Shown: in pieces, positions 57,201 through 64,000 of the stretch
Layout of the letters: each line of letters begins with the position of its first letter
How positions within the stretch are numbered: the first letter of the stretch is position 1
The notes under the pieces: model-generated
The model's input: the letters and a program-made list of their open reading frames with translations, nothing else
Databases searched by the model: none
Told to the model about the DNA's origin: nothing
Assembly: GCA_963726315.1 (NCBI GenBank)
Contig: CAVSBZ010000003.1
Coordinates: 38,978 to 102,977, forward strand
Source of the DNA: an uncultured Chloroflexia bacterium
GTDB taxonomy: Bacteria; Chloroflexota; Anaerolineae; Anaerolineales; UBA4823
Reading direction: 5' to 3'
DNA length: 64,000 bases
Position numbers and translations under genes: made by a program

Positions 57201-57537
57201 CGAATGGGATGAAGCAGTGAATATTTATATCCGCATGATGGCTCCAGTAACCCCTCATATCGCAGAAGAGTTATGGGAGTTCTTAGGCAAACCGTACTCC
57301 ATCCACCAGCAATCCTGGCCGGAAGCTGACCTGGCGGCTGCAGCAGAAGAGATGGTCACCTTGATCGTCCAGGTGGATGGTAAGCTGCGTGACCGTATCA
57401 TGGTACCGGTTGGAATCAGTGAAGATGATGCCAAACGGGCTGCACTGGAAAGTGAGGTCATCACGAAATTCCTCGAAGGTTCAACTCCCCGGAAAGTAAT
57501 CGTGGTCCCGGGAAGATTGGTAAATATAGTAAGGTAA
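54220..57537 (+). CDS. leuS: Single ORF fusing a class I SAM-dependent methyltransferase (about aa 1-280) to leucyl-tRNA synthetase (from the internal ATG at 55087)
   Basis: Methyltransferase motif I ILDLACGYGRH. The LeuRS part starts MSELPVYNPTKIEPKWQKKW and carries HIGH (LHIGH) and KMSKS. There is no stop codon between the two parts. GGAG lies 8 nt upstream of the internal ATG 55087. Confidence 0.85.
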   Translation: MKQIIQADPEIIRTEQTEARKIIASPIEFDFKAVFDVDDYMYFYSEQLTDERTEIEVSTLVSLLELDAPKTILDLACGYGRHTNRLAALGHTMTGIDLMPGFLEIAWLNAFQQKVDVNYQQGDMRSISFEDEYDFVLLLFTAFGYFSDEENLKVLVNAKRALKPGGKLIFDTLNRDTFLREMRPYLVVEKQGNLMIDRISFDSAQGRLYNKRIVIRDGIRKDKPYFTRLYNPSEISALVTQAGFEMSQIYGGWEASELTAASRRMVIIAQKPERANNLTINTIDKTEIRMSELPVYNPTKIEPKWQKKWENDGLYHAVIDHSIPKYYALTMLPYTSGDLHIGHWYAMTPPDARARFKRMQGFNVVFPIGFDAFGLPAENAAISKSIHPKIWTYANIDHMRKQLKSMGAMWDWQREMVSCDPEYYRWTQWFFIQLYKQGLAYRKYSPVDWCPKDQTTLAREQVIGDDRRCDRCGTPVIKKDLDQWFFKITDYADELLDYSTIDWPDRVRTLQTNWIGRSEGASVTFHTEQGDPIEVFTTRPDTLWGVTFMVLAPEHPLVKKITAPGMSWGIESYIQQAGRQSDRDREATDKEKTGVFTGGYAINPINNEKIPIWIADYVLMTYGTGAIMAVPAHDQRDFEFARKYGLEVRIVIQPPDSEPLDGATMEASVPASGVMVNSGSLTGTPADKAFNTAIAYIKERGIGEATVNYKLRDWLISRQRYWGAPIPMVFCEDCGWNPVPDDQLPVLLPDDVEWQPTGVNPLTIHPTWKNTTCPVCNKPAIRETDTMDTFMCSSWYHLRYTSPHNKQAPFDRADYDYWMPVDTYTGGIEHATMHLMYTRFFHKALRDMGITKGPEPMMQLRNQGIVLGEDNDKMSKSKGNVIAPDELVARYGADTVRAYLMFFARWDMGAPWSSSGMEGVFRWLRRAWTLFTDPVEKGNPEPEVLRQLRRKLHQTLKQVTHDFEVFEFNTIVSGLMELLNDMYKAREKGAVGSAEWDEAVNIYIRMMAPVTPHIAEELWEFLGKPYSIHQQSWPEADLAAAAEEMVTLIVQVDGKLRDRIMVPVGISEDDAKRAALESEVITKFLEGSTPRKVIVVPGRLVNIVR

Positions 57538-57785
57538 GTTGTAGGTGCTGCCTATAAACCAGGAGCGCGACCTGTCCGGTCTGATTTTTGACCGGAGGGT
57601 GGGATATTCAAACACAGAAATCCTCCCATGCGCTCCTGACGTATATATTAGCAAACAAGAACAATGCGATTCTGTCGGTGATTTGTTATATAACCCCAAC
57701 GTGATGATCAAATTAGTGAACCATAATCTTTCATTAAGGGTAGTTTGATAGAATAAAGGTAGATGGCTTCAAAAGCGATCGATTT

Positions 57786-60224
57786 ATGAACAAACTATTT
57801 TTCGATAAAACTGCCAAACGTAATTGGGATTGGCTTTCCGTGATTTTATTGGTTCTCATCATGGAAATTGCCGCCGCGCGGTTGGTGGCAACGTTATGGA
57901 CTTTAGACCTGAACCTGGTTTTGCTGGTCACTTTCTTGGGGACGGTATTAGGTCTGGCACTGGGGAAAAGCGTTTATCGTCGTGGATGGGTGGTAATTAT
58001 TGCGGTTGCTTATGGCGCAATATTGATCCCCTGGCAGCTGGGATTAACCCTCGATGCTGATCTCAGGTGGCGTGACCGGTTAGTCGATTTATGGGGGAGG
58101 CTGGGGATAGTCATCGAGGAGCTATTAACCAAAAAACCGGTAACCGATAGCATCCTGTTTCTCCTTCTGATGGCAATGCTGTTCTGGGCGTTGGCAATAT
58201 ATGCCGGGGTTGTTTTAATCCGAGAAGCAAACCCATGGAAGGTGGTCATACCCGCGGGGATTGCCGCATTTGTGATCAACTCTTTTGATCAGCTATTGCT
58301 GGTCCGCTCGCTGTACCTGGCAGTTTACCTGTTGTTTGCTCTTTTTTTGGTTGCCCGGTTGGAATATATTAAAAATACGGCAAAATGGAATGAGCGACGT
58401 ACCCATACACCCCCGGATATGGGTTTCGAATTATCACGGGTTGCCCTTGCGTTATCGATCATATTAGTGTTCTTCGCCTGGAATATTCCGGTAATCGCAG
58501 ACACATTCAGACCAGCCGCAGATCTATGGCAGACAACCTCCAAACCCTGGCTCTCACTTAAAGACCGGTTTAGTTACATGTTTGCATCATTATCAGCCTC
58601 GGCTACTTCAGTGCAGAACTATTATGGTTCGACATTGCCACTTGGGTTGGGCAACCCGCTGAGTGACCAGGTAGTCATGGAAGTGCAAGCCCCTGCCAAT
58701 CCACCTGAAGGAAGCAGGTACTATTGGGAAGCCCGTTCATATGATACCTACACCAATTTTGTCTGGTCTTCATCGATACAGACGCCAACCAATCTCAACG
58801 CCAGCAGCAAGGATTTAAGTCAGCCGGGAGTGGATTTACGCACAACGCTTCCCTTCACATTTTTCCCATACCAGCCAATATCAAATATTTATACAGTATC
58901 TGAACCTCTGTGGACCAGTGTTCCGACTCAGGCGTTTATGAAAAGTAATCCTGATGGAACGGTTAACCTGAGCGCACTGATGAGTAAGACTTATATCCGT
59001 CCCGGAGAACAATACACCGTGCGCTCTGCTCTTGATTCAGTGACGGTAAAACAGCTCAAGGACGCCGGGAATGAGTATCCTGTGTGGGTTACCGCTGAAT
59101 ACCTGCAGCTACCAGACAATATCACCACCAGAACAAAGGATTTGGCGAAGAGTATTGCTAAAGGCTTAAATAATCCTTACGATATCACCAATGCGATCAC
59201 AAACTATCTACGGGCAAATATTCAGTACACTTTAGCGATCGACCAACCTCCTGGTAGGCAAGAACGGATCGATTGGTTCTTATTTGACTATCAGAAAGGT
59301 TTCTGTAATTATTATGCCTCTGCTGAAGTCGTTTTATTACGCTCACTAGGGATCCCTGCGCGCATGGCGGTTGGTTTTGCCCAAGGGCAGCGCGAAGAAA
59401 ATGCTGCTGTGCAAACACCCGTTGGAGCAAGCAGCAATATCACCCAAGCAGATGTCGGTGCCACATCCACGTATGTCGTGCGCCAAAATAACGCCCATGC
59501 CTGGCCGGAAGTATATTTTCCAAAGATCGGATGGGTGATCTTCGAGCCGACTGCATCACAATCGGCATTATCACGACCATCTGGCGAGGATGCTGCTAGC
59601 TATGACTTGATCGAGTCAGGCAGAGGTCGTCCGGATCCGATAACCCGTGAAGAATTAGGTTCAGGACCCGAGCGACCTGCAGTCAACTCAAGCTCCAACG
59701 AACCGAAGAGCTTCTGGACTACCGGGAATATCATATTATTTATTTTTGCTCAAATCCTGATCGGTACGTCGATCATCCTTCTCGTGCAATTTCTGCGTGG
59801 GTTTAGAATTTATCCATTCCTGGAAAGGATTTCGGTCCAGGTACCTCAAACGATCGAAAAAAGCCTGCGTCGATTGGGTATCCAACCACCGGGTTTCCTC
59901 ACCAATTGGATTTATTACATGAAACTGCCTGCAACTTCCCGCTCCTATTTGGAGATTAATCATGCCCTTGACCGCGTAGGTAAAAAACCTGAAGTATACA
60001 GCACGCCTATGGAGCGAACCAACCTGCTCATATCCGCGATCCCTGCCGCAGCAGAGCCCGCAGCAGAGTTGTTGACCGAGTACCAAAGATCAGCCTATAG
60101 CCCCCGGCCAGGTAACGCCGAGATTGCCAGGATTTCTGCCACAGAAATCCGTAAACTCTCCTGGCGTGAGTGGATAAAGAAATATCTCTCCCGGTTTAGA
60201 ATTAAAAGTCGACACAATAACTAA
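57786..60224 (+). CDS. Transglutaminase-like domain membrane protein
   Basis: 812 aa. The N-terminal region is multi-TM. The core motifs are GFCNYYASAEVVLLRSLGIPARMAVGF (Cys) and NAHAWPEVYF (His). There is one late TM segment. Confidence 0.8.
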   Translation: MNKLFFDKTAKRNWDWLSVILLVLIMEIAAARLVATLWTLDLNLVLLVTFLGTVLGLALGKSVYRRGWVVIIAVAYGAILIPWQLGLTLDADLRWRDRLVDLWGRLGIVIEELLTKKPVTDSILFLLLMAMLFWALAIYAGVVLIREANPWKVVIPAGIAAFVINSFDQLLLVRSLYLAVYLLFALFLVARLEYIKNTAKWNERRTHTPPDMGFELSRVALALSIILVFFAWNIPVIADTFRPAADLWQTTSKPWLSLKDRFSYMFASLSASATSVQNYYGSTLPLGLGNPLSDQVVMEVQAPANPPEGSRYYWEARSYDTYTNFVWSSSIQTPTNLNASSKDLSQPGVDLRTTLPFTFFPYQPISNIYTVSEPLWTSVPTQAFMKSNPDGTVNLSALMSKTYIRPGEQYTVRSALDSVTVKQLKDAGNEYPVWVTAEYLQLPDNITTRTKDLAKSIAKGLNNPYDITNAITNYLRANIQYTLAIDQPPGRQERIDWFLFDYQKGFCNYYASAEVVLLRSLGIPARMAVGFAQGQREENAAVQTPVGASSNITQADVGATSTYVVRQNNAHAWPEVYFPKIGWVIFEPTASQSALSRPSGEDAASYDLIESGRGRPDPITREELGSGPERPAVNSSSNEPKSFWTTGNIILFIFAQILIGTSIILLVQFLRGFRIYPFLERISVQVPQTIEKSLRRLGIQPPGFLTNWIYYMKLPATSRSYLEINHALDRVGKKPEVYSTPMERTNLLISAIPAAAEPAAELLTEYQRSAYSPRPGNAEIARISATEIRKLSWREWIKKYLSRFRIKSRHNN

Positions 60225-60238
60225 ATTCGATAATTTAG

Positions 60239-60274
60239 AAAAAAACCGGTGGGCTTCCCAACTCACCGGTTTTT
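60239..60274. terminator. Bidirectional terminator between convergent genes
   Basis: An A-run, the stem accggtg/caccggt and a T-run (aaaaaaaccggtg...caccggtttt). Confidence 0.6.
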
Positions 60275-60341
60275 CGATTGATATACATTAAGATTTAAAA
60301 TTATCTCTCACTCCAAACGGAGGAACCTTCTTTCAACGTCA

Positions 60342-61316
60342 TTACGATATGCCTTCGGCAAGATGAGTATATTTTTCGGAAAATAATGCAGGTGTCCCAC
60401 CGGTATGCCAGAAGAGCACATTTTCATCCGCTTTGAAATAGTCCTTGCGGATAAGGTCCAGCAATCCTCCCGCGGCTCGACCGGTATAGACCGGGTCTAA
60501 TAAAAGTCCTTCTTCACGCGCAAATAACCGGATGGCTTCAATCTCAGCTGCGCCCATCACCCCATAACCACCGCCAAGGTAATCAGCGCACACCAGGATC
60601 TCTTGTGGCGTGAAATCAACTTTTTCACCAAGGAAATCTATCGTCGCGCTTGCCAGTGAAGCTACGTGCGCCTGAAGATCCGCTTCGGTCTCATCCACAC
60701 TGATACCAAGCACCTTGCCTTTGAAGTTGAAAAGTCGCGCTCCAGCCACCAACCCAGCCTGGGTGCCCGCAGAAGAAGAGGCAAAAACGATCCAGTCAGG
60801 CTGAAAACCTTGATCGAGCAGCTCCTTTATTGCGTAAACATACGCACTGGCACCGGTGGTATTTGAGCCTCCATAGGGGATCAGATAAGGACGTTTCCCG
60901 GCGCTCCAGGCATCTTTAAGAGTTCGGTCGAGAATATGATCACGTTCCTCGAGGGATGTCCACACGATTTCAGCACCGAACAACTGGTCTAACATCAGGT
61001 TTCCCGTGGCAACCAGCGGCTTTTCACCCGATAGCACCAGGATGCAGTCAAAGTTGAGCCGTGCACACGCTGCGGCAGTCTGGCGGCAGTGATTTGATTG
61101 TACCGCGCCGGCCGTAATGATTGTCCGCGCGCCATTTGCTTGAGCTTCGGCTAATAAATATTCCAGCTTGCGGGTCTTATTCCCTCCAAACCCAAGACCG
61201 GTGAGATCATCCCGTTTTACAAATAATTTTATTCCGCCTAATTTAGAGGTAAGGCGGGGTAGCGCTTCGATTGGAGTGGGGAGCTGAGCGAATTTAATCC
61301 GAGGAATTGTTCTCAT
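60342..61316 (-). CDS. PLP-dependent enzyme of the D-cysteine desulfhydrase / ACC deaminase family
   Basis: Contains KRDDLTGLGFGGNKTRKLEYLLAEA and QSNHCRQTAAA. I moved the start to ATG 61316, which overlaps the upstream stop (ATGA). Confidence 0.8.
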   Translation of the reverse strand: MRTIPRIKFAQLPTPIEALPRLTSKLGGIKLFVKRDDLTGLGFGGNKTRKLEYLLAEAQANGARTIITAGAVQSNHCRQTAAACARLNFDCILVLSGEKPLVATGNLMLDQLFGAEIVWTSLEERDHILDRTLKDAWSAGKRPYLIPYGGSNTTGASAYVYAIKELLDQGFQPDWIVFASSSAGTQAGLVAGARLFNFKGKVLGISVDETEADLQAHVASLASATIDFLGEKVDFTPQEILVCADYLGGGYGVMGAAEIEAIRLFAREEGLLLDPVYTGRAAGGLLDLIRKDYFKADENVLFWHTGGTPALFSEKYTHLAEGIS

Positions 61317-62533
61317 TTTGATTGTCCTATACTCTGTTTCGTGCTGGCTTGTCCATGTTGACGCATGATATCCAAAAGACCTGGCAGTGTTCGCGTATAC
61401 AACCGGTATAGCATTCGGTTTGTGGGTAAATCCCATGCGCCAAGGTAGCGGTGAACCGTGCCTCCGAGCCCCTCCTTAAACCTGAATACGCCCCACAATG
61501 GATCGGTTTCAACGAATTCGTCAGGTGCGCCCCATAAATCATACACAGTGCAGCCAGCAGCCCTGGCCCGCTTCATCGCCTCCCATTGGAGCAGGTAATT
61601 GGGCATCTTATCCCTGTGGGCTGTTCGAGACATGCCATATAAATACCAGGCTTTTTTTGCAAACCGAAAAATGATTACAGCTGCAATCGCTTCGCCATCC
61701 ACCTCAGCAATTAATGCCTCAGCCACCGGTTGGTCAAGGCGTAAGGATCCTTGCTGAAACATAAACGAATTCCAAACTTCGCGGTAATAGCCGTCACTCC
61801 GGATTACGAAACCATCGCGGACGGATGTTTCAGCATACATTTGGATAAGCTGGTCAAGATCTGCGGGTTTTGCTGTCCGGATTACCACTCCTTTACGCAG
61901 TGCCAGGTTTACGTTGTAGCGAGTTTTTTGTTTCATGCCGGCTAGAAGCTCATTTTCAACGGGCTCAAGATTGATTACCACTGTATTTCGGAATTGAACC
62001 TGTTCCTGTGAATACTGCCAACCAGCTTGTTTAAGGTCATTGATTACACTTTCAGCAAGCAAATTTTCATTTGAGCCAGGATTACCAGGTATTCCTACGC
62101 CAAGCTCAAAATCAGGGTCGATTTTTATGAATATGGCATTATATTTGTGGGCAAATTCCTTTAGGTCCTTCAATACTTGGTGGCGTAAGGGGACATCTTC
62201 CCAATCAAGTAACGGTCCTTTCGGCACGTAAATTACCCCCATCTTATGTGAAAATCCACCGATGCTGATATTGCGTTGCAGGATCAGCGCCGCGGCTACT
62301 AATTGTGCCTGGTTTCGTTCATCAGGATATTGATTAATTGAAATTGAATACCCACCGACCTGTTTAGACCATAGGACGTGAGTAGGCTGCCAACCGAATT
62401 GTGATTTTACTTTGCCCCATTCCCAGGTTTGAAGAATATGCGTCCCAGGCAGCTGTGATATAGCCGCGTTCCACTGGAGTGGATTTATCGGGGGTGGGGT
62501 AGTAGGCAGCATCTGATTGCCATCGATCATCAA
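61313..62533 (-). CDS. FemAB-family aminoacyl-tRNA-dependent peptidyltransferase (FemX-like), copy 2
   Basis: 406 aa. Contains ILQTWEWGKVKSQFGW, TRYNVNLALRKGV and MPNYLLQWEAMKRARAAGCTVYDLWG. Confidence 0.8.
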   Translation of the reverse strand: MMIDGNQMLPTTPPPINPLQWNAAISQLPGTHILQTWEWGKVKSQFGWQPTHVLWSKQVGGYSISINQYPDERNQAQLVAAALILQRNISIGGFSHKMGVIYVPKGPLLDWEDVPLRHQVLKDLKEFAHKYNAIFIKIDPDFELGVGIPGNPGSNENLLAESVINDLKQAGWQYSQEQVQFRNTVVINLEPVENELLAGMKQKTRYNVNLALRKGVVIRTAKPADLDQLIQMYAETSVRDGFVIRSDGYYREVWNSFMFQQGSLRLDQPVAEALIAEVDGEAIAAVIIFRFAKKAWYLYGMSRTAHRDKMPNYLLQWEAMKRARAAGCTVYDLWGAPDEFVETDPLWGVFRFKEGLGGTVHRYLGAWDLPTNRMLYRLYTRTLPGLLDIMRQHGQASTKQSIGQSK

Positions 62534-63534
62534 GCTTCAACTTTACGATACTTAAGCCACAATGTATACGCACGATATAGAATAGGATTATAGACCCGAT
62601 CCCATGAGCCAATCGACCGTTTTAATTGACCACCGAACCCGCGCTTGAAACGATACACTCCCCATAAGCCAACGTCGCGGGAGGAAAAATTCGCTTCTAA
62701 GGTGTCCAGGTTCTCGTCTGGAACACCCCACAGGTCATATTCCGTGCACCCCTGCGATTTTGCCCACCGCATTGCTTCCCATTGAAGAAGGTAGTTGGGC
62801 ATTCTATCACGGTGCAAATCAGACGAAGCCCCATAAAAATACCAGGCGCGATTCCCAACTCTGAAAACAATTAAGGCTGAGATAGGTGCACTCTCGAATT
62901 CTGCCAGGAGCAGCTGGCATTGATCACTGGCATGGAAGAGATCAAATGCACGCTGGTAGTACGCCAGGCTGTGAATACCAAACTGGTCTCGTTGACCCGT
63001 GGCTTTCATTAGTTCATAGAATGCAGATAAATCGGTGTGGGCCCGGGCGATTACATTTTTCTTAAGTGCCAGGTTGATATTGTAACGTGTCTTTTGTTTC
63101 ATGCGACCGAGGATTTGGGCTTCCTCCCCGGTTAAGTCAACCACCAGGGTGCGTTGGGGCTGGATAATATGGTTGGTTTGAATAAACCCGGAAGGAAAAC
63201 CTCCAGATATATTCGCATCATTCTCCTCTTCTGCTTCCCAAAAATCTGGCTCAACCTTTAAAAAAACACAATGCATTTTCCGGCAAATGGAATCAGTTTC
63301 TGGCCACAATTGATCCCATCCCGATCCAAGCGGTCCTTTGGGTATGTAAGCGAAATTTATCCCGGGGAAAATTCGTTTTACCAGGATTTGAGCCCCACAA
63401 TTTTGCTGAGCCTGATGTGCTAATTGCCACCCAAAATCAGCTTTTAGCTTTCCCCACGCAGATGTTTGGAGGATATGAGGATTGGGAAATTGAGTAATAA
63501 ATGCATCCCACTCGATTGGGCTCATCGATACCAT
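62530..63534 (-). CDS. FemAB-family aminoacyl-tRNA-dependent peptidyltransferase (FemX-like), copy 1
   Basis: 334 aa with the same motif set (ILQTSAWGKLKADFGW, TRYNINLALKKNV, MPNYLLQWEAMRWAKSQGCTEYDLWG). It overlaps the next gene by 4 nt. Confidence 0.8.
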   Translation of the reverse strand: MVSMSPIEWDAFITQFPNPHILQTSAWGKLKADFGWQLAHQAQQNCGAQILVKRIFPGINFAYIPKGPLGSGWDQLWPETDSICRKMHCVFLKVEPDFWEAEEENDANISGGFPSGFIQTNHIIQPQRTLVVDLTGEEAQILGRMKQKTRYNINLALKKNVIARAHTDLSAFYELMKATGQRDQFGIHSLAYYQRAFDLFHASDQCQLLLAEFESAPISALIVFRVGNRAWYFYGASSDLHRDRMPNYLLQWEAMRWAKSQGCTEYDLWGVPDENLDTLEANFSSRDVGLWGVYRFKRGFGGQLKRSIGSWDRVYNPILYRAYTLWLKYRKVEA

Positions 63535-63540
63535 ACCTGC

Positions 63541-64000
63541 TTATATCATTGATGTTATATCTGGGGCTGGAGTGCTGCTCACAACCGCTCCAGGGACGGT
63601 TTTATTTAGCATATTGACAATCTGTTCAGGATCGCCGTTTATTCCTAGCATGATAAGATTATTAATTGCTTCATCCAGAGCATTGCTCGCTAACATTCCA
63701 TTTTCATCCAGGCGAAGGATATCTGGATGGATTGTCGATAGATAATCAGCACCTTCGTCCCACAATGCTTCACTTAACTTTTCACCCGGTCGGATACCGG
63801 TGAACACGATTTCTATATCTTTATCCGGCTCTAGACCAGACAGGCGGATCAAATCATGGGCGAGGTCAAGGATCTTGATCTGTTCGCCCATATTTAGCAC
63901 GAATACTTCCCCACCTTTTCCCATGGCTGAGGCTTGCAGTACCAGGTGAACTGCCTCCGGAATCGTCATAAAATAGCGTTCCATATCCGGGTGAGTTATC
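63541..64000 (-). CDS. CapD/PglF-like polysaccharide biosynthesis protein (nucleotide-sugar dehydratase/epimerase), C-terminal part only; the gene runs off the window
   Basis: Contains [16 protein letters not shown]...[19 protein letters not shown], typical of the Polysacc_synt_2 C-terminus. The reading frame is open to position 64000. Confidence 0.75.
   Translation of the reverse strand, partial: ITHPDMERYFMTIPEAVHLVLQASAMGKGGEVFVLNMGEQIKILDLAHDLIRLSGLEPDKDIEIVFTGIRPGEKLSEALWDEGADYLSTIHPDILRLDENGMLASNALDEAINNLIMLGINGDPEQIVNMLNKTVPGAVVSSTPAPDITSMI

Noticed and set aside
1-64000. Mobile elements, prophage, toxin-antitoxin, restriction-modification, CRISPR-Cas, CBASS or other defence systems
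   Set aside because: I looked for integrase, transposase, recombinase, nuclease-helicase, cyclase and Cas-like motifs in all listed ORFs and recognised none. The NTase-like ORF at 29328-30155 sits in a metabolic operon with no effector partner.

Overview
64-kb bacterial chromosomal window. The T-box leader, FemAB genes and protein types suggest a Chloroflexota-like or other monoderm-type lineage, but that is a guess. I saw no rRNA, CRISPR array, transposase, integrase, phage gene or recognisable defence gene.

Layout:
(i) 0.15-13.1 kb: a visibly AT-richer carbohydrate island. It holds an ABC binding protein plus two permeases with no ATPase in view, dhaK-dhaL, a class II aldolase/adducin protein, an FGGY kinase, an unknown ORF, two tandem xylose-isomerase-like TIM genes, a second dhaL-dhaK set in reversed order, and an MFS transporter.
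(ii) 13.1-14.4 kb: a very AT-rich non-coding spacer with an orphan tRNA 3' half.
(iii) 14.4-21.4 kb: a MalT/LuxR STAND regulator, a small conserved protein, a YfcH-like epimerase, a membrane protein, and a PiT transporter with a frameshifted N-terminus.
(iv) 21.4-44.3 kb: a DeoR-centred divergon. It carries two choline-kinase-like + FAD/GcvT demethylase-like pairs, two metallophosphoesterase + APC permease pairs, a Rieske oxygenase, a PfkB-like protein, a non-Pyl MttB-family methyltransferase, a class II aldolase, a HisC-like aminotransferase and HAD, Nudix, CBS and NTase-like proteins. This is my best candidate for an undescribed catabolic system.
(v) 44.6-48.6 kb: an ABC importer operon whose binding protein and both permeases carry seven apparent +1 frameshifts, while the ATPase is intact.
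(vi) 48.6-53.0 kb: EamA transporter, GHMP kinase, DHH phosphoesterase and a HAD-IIA phosphatase.
(vii) 53.0-57.5 kb: one promoter, tRNA-Ala(GGC), then a canonical T-box leader 12 nt later. A convergent HD-GYP gene follows, then a single ORF fusing a SAM methyltransferase to LeuRS.
(viii) 57.8-64.0 kb: a transglutaminase-like membrane protein and a translationally coupled CapD / FemAB / FemAB / PLP-enzyme operon, cut by the window end.

All functional calls come from motif recognition by eye in the supplied translations. No database search was run.
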